From: a virus
Lineage: Duplodnaviria > Caudoviricetes
IMG/VR virus record: IMGVR_UViG_3300042199_000161
Location: 1-35,098 of that record
Reading direction: 5' to 3' (one strand)
DNA length: 35,098 nucleotides
Shown: piece after piece, positions 26,688 through 34,327 of the stretch
How positions within the stretch are numbered: position 1 is the stretch's first letter
Layout of the letters: every line of letters begins with the position of its first letter
The notes under the pieces: model-generated
What the model was told of the DNA's origin: nothing
The model's input: only the letters and a program-made list of their open reading frames with translations
Database searches by the model: none
Program-made: the position numbers and the translations under genes

Positions 26688-29600
26688 TTAGCTGGCCGAG
26701 CCTTTTATGACGGAGAAGTTGAACACAGGCTGCTCAACCGTCGTTCCGCCAGTTGTGTAGAATGTGATTTCGAAGCTGTTCGCTGCAACTGCTGTCACCA
26801 ACACCACGTATTTGTCCGTGCCAGACTTTTGGTTCACGATAATGGTATCTGCTGCGGCCACACTGGTATTGTTCACCGTGAACGAAGCGGCAGTCGCAGA
26901 ACCCGCCGCCGAGAACAGCGTGATCGCCCCGGACATCGTATTGAGCGAAACTGGCGTTGTGCGCGACGTAAGCTGCGTGACCGTGCCGCCCGCACCCGTG
27001 CCAAACCCAACGCCTTGCGTCGCGGAGTTCGAAATCAGATCCCGTCCGTCGCCGAGCGTGCGCCAGCCACCAAAAGAAATAAGCCTCACTGATTGATAGT
27101 TAGACGACAAAAGATAACCTACGACACCATCGACAGTATTTGTAATCGTGATATTATTCGTCGAAGCTGTGCCGCTTATATCCTTCACCTCACAAACATA
27201 TCCATCCGGCACGTTTGTCGGCAAAGTCACATTTACAGGTGCTGCTGCGTTCACCAACAAAACATCTTCCGGGGATGTCATATTGTAGTTAGTAGTCGCG
27301 AGCGCAACTGTTTTGTCCACACGTCCATTAATATTTGTGCCCAGCCCAAGCCCATTTGACATAGAGTTTTTCTCTACGACATTTGTATTAAGGCTTAGTG
27401 ATGTTCTACCATAAGTAAATCCACCTGGAATGGCACTGTTTACCGCACCTCCAAAAATATTTCCGTCAATAGTCACGGAAGTAGACGTATCCATCACCAA
27501 ACCGTAGGCGTAATCAGCATTCGCGCCAGTATTAGAGACATTATAGCAATTATAACCTGTAAAGTTATTACCGCTAATTACGCCTCCAGCTGTTCTTCTC
27601 AACACGATTGGTGTGCCGACACAATTAGAAAAACTGTTGCCAACCATCGTGTAGTTGAACAATACGTTCGCAGTTCCAAACGGATTGATGGATTCCATCG
27701 CCCCTTTGCAGTAGATCTGCAAATTAAACGTGTTATCGGACATCACAAACTGCCCAACGGACGGCCCATTTGACTGCGGTGTGATACTGATTGCTCTTCC
27801 ATCCCATGCCGCGCCATCAAAAAAGTTATTATGTATGCGGACTTGAGATAAAATTGTATTAGGAGACAAGTTGATGTTGTTAAAGGCTTGCCCGCCAATG
27901 TAACAACCTGTCACGAGCAACCCTTCAACTCCATACACAAGCAATCCTGACTGTGGGCCAGAATTGTTGCCCAAAAATATTTGGTTAACTGTATTTGCAT
28001 CGGGAACAGATGTCCAAGTTATTTTCTGAATACCAGCATCGTTTCCTCCCAGATAACACTCCACCACGTCTAGAAGAACAACGTAATTAGCCAGCCCGAC
28101 GCCTATTGCAGCAATACTTTCCTGAGCGGTAGTGTTATATCTGTTGAAGACTCCTTGGATAGAACATCTGGAGATTCTAGCAATAGACCCTTGATACAGC
28201 AGAATACCCCACTGCATTCGCCACAGCCAACAATCTTCAATCAGCAACGCTTGGCAGTTACCAACGTCAATGTGAGCGCCACTTGTAGCAACATTGATAA
28301 GCCCGCCTGTTCCTAAATACAGCGCGCTATTGTTTGCAAAGTTTGTAGTTCCCACACCTGAGCTAAAAGCCAGCGTTACCGGAATACTCCAATACGAAGT
28401 CGGAGATCCAGGATTAACATTTGTCGGAGCCCCCGTAACGGTCCACTTCTGATAATCAGGCGTAGGCGCTGAAGGATTAGACGGTTGCGTGATTTGAAAT
28501 TCCTGCCCACTATAAACCAATGGCAGAAACGGATTAGCATTGCCATTGGCATCTTTTTCTGCAATCAAAATCGTCGTCGCAGTAGCCTGGGCAGCATTAT
28601 TCCAAATGATTTTGCCATCACCGGGATAGCCAGATGTGGCAGTTGTATTCGCCACATAGCTTTCAAAAAGAGAAGGGCCACCGCGAGGCAGACCATGCCA
28701 AAACCAAATACCAGATATTTGTGCCGCACCTGCATTAGTAAACGCCAGTGTGGAACCGTAATTACCAGTTCGCCAGAAAAGTGTCTGGTTAGGCCCAGCC
28801 CCTTCAATTACAAGACTAGCAGGGCAGTTAATAGTTGCACTCAAAAAATACGACCCAGGTGGCACAATAACTTTACCGTTTACACCAGCATAAGTAAAAG
28901 CCGCCTGAATAGCCGCCGTCTGATCGGTGCCGTCACCTAACGCACCAAAATCACGGACATTAATCTCATCTCGCATTTTAGCTTGGGCTGTGCGAGCAAC
29001 AGCGCCCGACCCTCCTTGAATAAATCCAACCAACGATGATCCCGAAGATGCAGCAAGTCTTGTCATAACTTCCGCAATAGCGCCCTGCACCGATGTAGAC
29101 GTTAAAACGCCTGTCGGTGCAAACGCAATATACGCAGCTTGAACAAGTTCACGCTTCCAACGATTTCCTACCGCATCGACGATAATCGTAGTGCCATTGT
29201 CGGGACTCGTAACGTCCGTCGCATCCAGATAAAAAATGCCACCGCCGTCATTCACGACAGTATTATAGATCAGGGAAACCTGAGCAGATGCCTGCGGGGC
29301 CGGAATAGTCTGCGCCCGCAGCGTCGTGATATTAGTGAGAACACGAATTTCCGTCTGATTAGCGTTCAACGCCACAAACGGCATACTTACCCAATTTCCA
29401 ACTTCCGTAGCAGTATAAAGGACCGCTTCAAACGCCTGCTGATACAGGCCGACGCTGCCCGGAATGCCATTAATCGTGGACCCTCCTTCGGCATACACGA
29501 CAATCTGCAAAAGCGAGCTGTTGATAACAAGCAGCACTCGCCCCGGCAACGCCGTTGGTAGTGCTACACCAGCATTTGTTGCGCCGACAACGCTAATCTC

Positions 29601-29762
29601 CGTGATCGTATCAACGATCTTCCTCGATGTCGTGACCGTGCCGCCAGTCGTAGCGTTCGGGTTCTGCGAAACCGACCATTCCGGGTTAGCGAGGGCTTCA
29701 TTCAGATTAGTTCCGTCAATTAGACGGAAACCATCGAGAAACGGATCAGGCTGCGTCATCAT
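26688..29762 (-). CDS. Tailspike / receptor-binding protein with pectate-lyase-like beta-helix
   Basis: DGGGIFY...DNGTTIIVD..GNRWKR, GSSLVGFIQ.G.GAVART.Q.K.RD.INVRDFGALGDG.DQTAAIQAA, Asn-rich parallel beta-helix repeats, C-terminal GGTVTQLTSRTT.V.LN module. Confidence 0.85.
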   Translation of the reverse strand: MMTQPDPFLDGFRLIDGTNLNEALANPEWSVSQNPNATTGGTVTTSRKIVDTITEISVVGATNAGVALPTALPGRVLLVINSSLLQIVVYAEGGSTINGIPGSVGLYQQAFEAVLYTATEVGNWVSMPFVALNANQTEIRVLTNITTLRAQTIPAPQASAQVSLIYNTVVNDGGGIFYLDATDVTSPDNGTTIIVDAVGNRWKRELVQAAYIAFAPTGVLTSTSVQGAIAEVMTRLAASSGSSLVGFIQGGSGAVARTAQAKMRDEINVRDFGALGDGTDQTAAIQAAFTYAGVNGKVIVPPGSYFLSATINCPASLVIEGAGPNQTLFWRTGNYGSTLAFTNAGAAQISGIWFWHGLPRGGPSLFESYVANTTATSGYPGDGKIIWNNAAQATATTILIAEKDANGNANPFLPLVYSGQEFQITQPSNPSAPTPDYQKWTVTGAPTNVNPGSPTSYWSIPVTLAFSSGVGTTNFANNSALYLGTGGLINVATSGAHIDVGNCQALLIEDCWLWRMQWGILLYQGSIARISRCSIQGVFNRYNTTAQESIAAIGVGLANYVVLLDVVECYLGGNDAGIQKITWTSVPDANTVNQIFLGNNSGPQSGLLVYGVEGLLVTGCYIGGQAFNNINLSPNTILSQVRIHNNFFDGAAWDGRAISITPQSNGPSVGQFVMSDNTFNLQIYCKGAMESINPFGTANVLFNYTMVGNSFSNCVGTPIVLRRTAGGVISGNNFTGYNCYNVSNTGANADYAYGLVMDTSTSVTIDGNIFGGAVNSAIPGGFTYGRTSLSLNTNVVEKNSMSNGLGLGTNINGRVDKTVALATTNYNMTSPEDVLLVNAAAPVNVTLPTNVPDGYVCEVKDISGTASTNNITITNTVDGVVGYLLSSNYQSVRLISFGGWRTLGDGRDLISNSATQGVGFGTGAGGTVTQLTSRTTPVSLNTMSGAITLFSAAGSATAASFTVNNTSVAAADTIIVNQKSGTDKYVVLVTAVAANSFEITFYTTGGTTVEQPVFNFSVIKGSAS

Positions 29763-29770
29763 TCACTCCA

Positions 29771-29968
29771 TTATTCTTCTACATCCGCCTCAAACGGCGT
29801 CGTCGGCATATTCGCCGGGGTAAACAGCTTACTCATATCAACAGTTGCCGGGTCCACATATGCAGGCTGGCTCTGCAAAGCCTTTGAAACCGCAGCCGGA
29901 GACATCCCCATCATGCCCGCAATCTTTGCTATGGTCATGGGATCAGTTGTATCTGGCGTATCAGACAT
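29771..29968 (-). CDS. Small acidic hypothetical protein (65 aa)
   Basis: GGAGG RBS; overlaps the upstream gene by 8 nt. Confidence 0.55.
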   Translation of the reverse strand: MSDTPDTTDPMTIAKIAGMMGMSPAAVSKALQSQPAYVDPATVDMSKLFTPANMPTTPFEADVEE

Positions 29969-30347
29969 TGGAAACCTCCGAAATCATAGAATAATCTGGA
30001 ACTGCGGCAGGTTCTTTATCCGGCCACGGAAGCGGCGGGGCAACCACGACAGGGTTGAGCTGGGCATTGATCGCACGGTCAACAATTTCATGCACCGCTG
30101 CAATACCATCCGGGCCGAGCGTAGCCTCAAGCCATCCCACAACAATCGCAGGCGTCAACTGGTCATACGGCGTAAAAGGCTGGCCGGGGTCGAACGTAAT
30201 CGGCGTCGTGCCATACGCCTGCCCAAAATGCCCTTCGCCATCAGTGCCGTCCATACGCCACACGATCTTAAACACAGCATTCTGCTGTCCCTGATATTCA
30301 GGGTAACACATCAAATTGCTGATAAACCATTCGTAACTATTCGCCAT
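29961..30347 (-). CDS. Tail-fibre-associated protein (assembly chaperone-like)
   Basis: YEWFI..L...VFKIVWR..GTDG...FTPYDQLT...V.GW...LPW, a pattern common downstream of S74-containing fibres. Confidence 0.65.
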   Translation of the reverse strand: MANSYEWFISNLMCYPEYQGQQNAVFKIVWRMDGTDGEGHFGQAYGTTPITFDPGQPFTPYDQLTPAIVVGWLEATLGPDGIAAVHEIVDRAINAQLNPVVVAPPLPWPDKEPAAVPDYSMISEVSNV

Positions 30348-30358
30348 AATTTTGCTCC

Positions 30359-31504
30359 TTACGGATGAGCCGCAACGTAGGCTTCGAACTTCGCATTCAG
30401 GTCCTGCAAAGCCTTCGTCAACGCAGCAATCACCGATCTATCATAAAATCCATACATACCATCCGAGCCCATCGGGGCTGCAGACGGGATAATCGGCGCA
30501 GCTTCATTCGCAAAAAAGCCGATTTCGATCGCTGCCTTTTCTCCACGAAGCGCAATATCGTCCAGCCATTTATATGCCACAGGGCGAAGCTGCAGAACTT
30601 CTTCTAAGCCTGGAATTTTAGCATCCAAAACTTCCTGCTTCAGTCTCGCATCTGATGCCGCCGACAACTTGCCATTCGCATCAGCATTGACTGCTCGCGA
30701 ACCTGCGCCCGCCAAATTAACAACAGTCAGCACACCAGTATTATCGAAATATCCACGGGTGTTTTGCTGCCCATCCGAGAATACAATATTATTGCTTCCA
30801 GTTGCACTAATCGGCGCAGCCGATCCTGTAGCCGAGCCGATAATTACGTTATAATTACCCGTTGTGATCGCACTACCTGCACCCACAGACGCATACGCAC
30901 CAATACAGGTGTTATTTCCACCGGACGTTACGCCCGACATCGCTCCATAACCGATTGCAGTATTGTAACTGCCGGTAATACCTGCAGGAGTGCCGTTGAT
31001 TGCAGAAATACCGATGCCGATATTGCCCGCGCCGGTCGTCATCCAAAAACCAGATCCATACCCGATGCAGTTATTCGAACTGCCAGTCGAGGTCTGGTTG
31101 AGCACATTCGCACCGATAGCGACGTTGTTTACTGAGCCATTCGTGTTCGCAAGTCCACCGTCGCCAATGACCACGTTATACTGGCCAGTCGTTACGTTTG
31201 TCAGTGCATTTCGACCGATGCCTACGTTATACTGGCCAGTAGAAATGTTTGTAAGGGCTCCCGCACCGAACGCCACGTTCGACGTAAGACTGCTATTGCC
31301 CAGACCAACTCGCGCTCCGTTCACCGTGATGTCGGTAGTGAAAACCGGACTCGCGGTCAGCGCAACAGTCGTGCCTGTCCCCGACACGCTATACGAGACA
31401 AGATTTCCACTCGCATCTGTTGAGACAACCTTTGTCGCCCCCATCGCAGAGGGCAATCCTGGGATCAGATATGCAGGCTGTGAAGGGTTGTTGTTAAGTC
31501 CCAT
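30359..31504 (-). CDS. Fibre protein with ~14-aa N-x-x-I-G beta-roll repeats and C-terminal peptidase S74 intramolecular chaperone
   Basis: Repeats such as TGQYNVGIG, TGQYNVVIG, TGSYNTAIG; SDARLK...LRPVAYKW...GFFANE...LTKALQDL. Confidence 0.82.
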   Translation of the reverse strand: MGLNNNPSQPAYLIPGLPSAMGATKVVSTDASGNLVSYSVSGTGTTVALTASPVFTTDITVNGARVGLGNSSLTSNVAFGAGALTNISTGQYNVGIGRNALTNVTTGQYNVVIGDGGLANTNGSVNNVAIGANVLNQTSTGSSNNCIGYGSGFWMTTGAGNIGIGISAINGTPAGITGSYNTAIGYGAMSGVTSGGNNTCIGAYASVGAGSAITTGNYNVIIGSATGSAAPISATGSNNIVFSDGQQNTRGYFDNTGVLTVVNLAGAGSRAVNADANGKLSAASDARLKQEVLDAKIPGLEEVLQLRPVAYKWLDDIALRGEKAAIEIGFFANEAAPIIPSAAPMGSDGMYGFYDRSVIAALTKALQDLNAKFEAYVAAHP

Positions 31505-32247
31505 TACATTTCTCCCGCAACAATCTTATGCCCGGTCGTCGCCGCATTCACACTAATCGCCTGTGTCGAAATCGGCCCAGCGTCACTCTCATACGAGCCG
31601 CAAGCCAAAATCTCAATCGACGTGCCGTTGTTCACACCAGCCGCGCCCGTGAAGCTGATGTAAATGCTTTCCACAGCTGCGATGCCCTGTCCCGTTGCGG
31701 TGCAAGGATTTTGGATGTAGAATTTACGACGAGAGGCGTTTGACGCCATCAAGTCTTGTGCCGTGCCGCCGGTCGTAAGTGCCAAATTTCGGCTTGTGTA
31801 TGTGCCCGCCAGCGGGTTCAACGAACCAATCGTGTTCGTGCCAGCTGGCAACGCAGCATTTACCTGCACACCATTCGTGGTGCCCGGAGTTGTCTGGTCA
31901 ATACCAACTCTACCGATAATGTTCGTGCCAGCCGGAAGCGAACCGCTGATGGCCGTCCGCAGATTACCCGACAGATCGAGGCTAAAAGGATTGTTCGTCC
32001 CATCAACATAAGTCGGCGCAGCGGTAGTCGCCCGACCATAAGTCAGCACAATCGGGCTTCCCGACAGCGTTACAGGCAAATTCCCCGATGCATCTGGCGC
32101 AGCGCAACGAAACGGGCTATTCGGATTACACACCGCAACGCTATACTGGATCGTCCCGCTCGCGCCGCCCGGAGTGCTTAACTGGGCGTCCGCAGGAACA
32201 ATTAAAGCCCCAAACATCAGGGCCGTCGATGCAAGGAGCTTTTTCAT
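31504..32247 (-). CDS. Signal-peptide-bearing, fibre/decoration-like protein
   Basis: GGAG RBS then MKKLLASTALMFGALIVPADA-Q; two LPAGTN.IG repeats; C-terminal SNASRRKFYIQNP beta domain. Confidence 0.7.
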   Translation of the reverse strand: MKKLLASTALMFGALIVPADAQLSTPGGASGTIQYSVAVCNPNSPFRCAAPDASGNLPVTLSGSPIVLTYGRATTAAPTYVDGTNNPFSLDLSGNLRTAISGSLPAGTNIIGRVGIDQTTPGTTNGVQVNAALPAGTNTIGSLNPLAGTYTSRNLALTTGGTAQDLMASNASRRKFYIQNPCTATGQGIAAVESIYISFTGAAGVNNGTSIEILACGSYESDAGPISTQAISVNAATTGHKIVAGEM

Positions 32248-32274
32248 AGCTTTCTCCAAAATAACCTAAAAGGT

Positions 32275-32295
32275 GAGGGGGCTTTCGGCCCCCTC
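32275..32295 (-). terminator. Rho-independent terminator-like hairpin
   Basis: Minus strand GAGGGGGC-CGAAA-GCCCCCTC followed by ACCTTTT. Confidence 0.65.
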
Positions 32296-32304
32296 TCGCA
32301 ATAC

Positions 32305-32766
32305 TTAGTTATACGCCCAAGCGTAGGTCGTCGCGCCAGCGGTATTCGTGCAGATAACCTGACGAGTAACAGCGCCCGACGCGCCAACCGCAGAACCATA
32401 CGTGCCGGTCGCATAAGCGGTGCCGTCCGTAACAGCCGCAACCGCACCGTTAAGCGCAGCAGCGCAGGTCGGCAGCGCCGCAATCGTCGAAGTCGGCAGC
32501 TTGATATACGTCAGAACGCTTGAGCCCGAAAGCACGTAAGCGCGCAACTGCGCCGTGGTGATAACTTCGGTCTGCGGCTGAATGCCATACGACAGCATCG
32601 TGTCAGCCGGAATCTGCTCCACACCCGTCAGTGGGAGCGTAACAGCATTTCCAGAGGACGGCGAAGCCGTGGCGAGCGGATAACCCGGAAACTGACCCTG
32701 TGCAAAAGCGGCACTTACACCCACAAGCGCAAGCAGACCGCCAAAAAGAGCAACTTTTTTCATCAT
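32305..32766 (-). CDS. Signal-peptide-bearing small protein (virion decoration-like)
   Basis: (M)MKKVALFGGLLALVGVSAAFA-Q; LTGVEQIPADT; TIAALPTC...GAVAAVTDG module seen in fibres. Confidence 0.7.
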   Translation of the reverse strand: MMKKVALFGGLLALVGVSAAFAQGQFPGYPLATASPSSGNAVTLPLTGVEQIPADTMLSYGIQPQTEVITTAQLRAYVLSGSSVLTYIKLPTSTIAALPTCAAALNGAVAAVTDGTAYATGTYGSAVGASGAVTRQVICTNTAGATTYAWAYN

Positions 32767-33035
32767 TTGCCTCTTATGAGCGAGATTGCTCCGCGCAGTC
32801 CGTCACTCTGCACGGGATTACCAACATTCTGGGTGACGCCAGACTGATAATCAGGATTTCCGGGCACAAATCTGTCCGGTGCCTGATAATTCGCATTGCC
32901 CTTTCGGGCCTCTTTCGAAAAAGTCCCCGACTTTTCATCGAATTTATATTCGGTCGAGTGCTGAATGTCGCGGGTGTTCACGCCTCGGGGCGGCTTTTCC
33001 GCTAACACTTTTCCACTATTATTCTGTTTCGCCAT
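32763..33035 (-). CDS. Hypothetical hydrophilic protein (90 aa)
   Basis: AAAGGGG RBS then ATG 33035; ATGA overlap with the next gene. Confidence 0.6.
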   Translation of the reverse strand: MAKQNNSGKVLAEKPPRGVNTRDIQHSTEYKFDEKSGTFSKEARKGNANYQAPDRFVPGNPDYQSGVTQNVGNPVQSDGLRGAISLIRGK

Positions 33036-33283
33036 CTTAAACCCCTTTACCGCCTCGCGGCACGTCATGCCTGCTTTCGAGGGCTTTGGGCACCCTGCAA
33101 TCTGACCCGATTTGCTTCGCCAGTCAACGCATTACCCCCACAAAACTTTCAAAAATGGCTCTGACCCAACAACAGTTTCAACACATTATGCAAAGAAATC
33201 ACTACAATCCCCAATCCCACCAGACGAATGGCAAAAAACAAGAAAAATTCCCAATCTGGTGGTAACATGGCGCACCTTTCGGG

Positions 33284-33754
33284 TTAAAGCGGCATTCGCT
33301 CCATCCAATGCAGCACTGGAATGACCTTTTGTGTTTCGGCGCGAAGAATTGCGGCCTTCAAGGTGCTTTCCACCAGCCCTGTGTCCGGGCATTTGCTTAA
33401 ATGTCTCGCCGCCACAATCCCCAACGGCTTTTTGTCAGGCCAGACAAGCTCCGCAATCGGGAAATACAAATGGCGCAACTGCGCCATTCCCTGTTCAATA
33501 TCCGTCAGCTTACACTCAATTATCACAATTCTTTTCTGCCCTTCAATCACCAAATCCATCTGGCAATGTCCAGGCCCGTTCAAATCTCTAAACTCAAACC
33601 ATTGCCCGTGATCGGCACGAGGGATCGCCGCCGCTAACGCCTTTTCATAGCGCAGCCCCGCCGCTTTCGCCCCTTTCGGCCTACTTTTCGGGATATGGGC
33701 GGGGCGCAAACACATCGCTGCATATTGCAACCCTGCCAGATGTCGAAAACTCAA
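33284..33754 (-). CDS. PD-(D/E)XK endonuclease (resolvase-like)
   Basis: G.RYE...QMDLVI....IVIIECKL...G.AQL..LY; TTG start after AAGGGGG. Confidence 0.7.
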   Translation of the reverse strand: MSFRHLAGLQYAAMCLRPAHIPKSRPKGAKAAGLRYEKALAAAIPRADHGQWFEFRDLNGPGHCQMDLVIEGQKRIVIIECKLTDIEQGMAQLRHLYFPIAELVWPDKKPLGIVAARHLSKCPDTGLVESTLKAAILRAETQKVIPVLHWMERMPL

Positions 33755-33757
33755 GGC

Positions 33758-33976
33758 TTACGCCCCCTTTTTACCCTTTGCCAGCACCTTGTTGGCCTTC
33801 GCCTTGATCTTAGCTGCAGAACTTTCACTCAACTTGCCCTTGGCAACCATCTGCGTGGCCCGTGCTTTAGCGTTCGCAGCATGAGCCCTGTCCGGCATCG
33901 GATACTTGCGCTCGCCCGGAAGCCCAAATTCACCCTTCGGGATAGCCTTACGGCCCTTGGTCGTCAACTTCGCCAT
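33758..33976 (-). CDS. Small basic phage protein (72 aa)
   Basis: GGAG RBS; MAKLTTKGRKAIP..EFGLPGERKYPMPDRAHAANAKARA is a recurrent phage motif. Confidence 0.75.
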   Translation of the reverse strand: MAKLTTKGRKAIPKGEFGLPGERKYPMPDRAHAANAKARATQMVAKGKLSESSAAKIKAKANKVLAKGKKGA

Positions 33977-34157
33977 GTTTTCTCTCCGCAACCCAGACCC
34001 AAATTTCCTTTCCCCTCACCTCCAGCATCAATTCGCCATTCGGGTGATCTTTCGGGGAAAACTGCAAAAACCCATAAGCCCGGAGGGGAAAAGGGCCGCT
34101 TTCAACCGCCTCAATTTCCAGCAATCCTTCAAACGATCCGAGCCGATACCGAGTCAT
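33948..34157 (-). CDS. Hypothetical protein (69 aa)
   Basis: ATGA overlap with the upstream gene; fills the gap. Confidence 0.45.
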   Translation of the reverse strand: MTRYRLGSFEGLLEIEAVESGPFPLRAYGFLQFSPKDHPNGELMLEVRGKEIWVWVAERKHGEVDDQGP

Positions 34158-34315
34158 TTTTTCTTGACTTTTTTAGGAAGTTTGGAAAGCGCGCCCTTCC
34201 CCTTAACCTCAAATTCTTTCCCTACACTCTGCGGAATGCCCAGCCGCTTTGCAGCTTTGGGGTCATGCGCGACCATCGCCATCATCTTCGCCTGCGCTTT
34301 GCTTTTAGCTGGCAT
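34154..34315 (-). CDS. Small basic phage protein (53 aa, MPAKSKAQAKMMAMVAHDPKAAKRLGIPQSVGKEF...)
   Basis: Read manually; GAGGAG RBS; recurrent phage motif AH.P..AK..GIPQSVGKEF. Confidence 0.75.
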   Translation of the reverse strand: MPAKSKAQAKMMAMVAHDPKAAKRLGIPQSVGKEFEVKGKGALSKLPKKVKKK

Positions 34316-34327
34316 TTTACACTCCTC

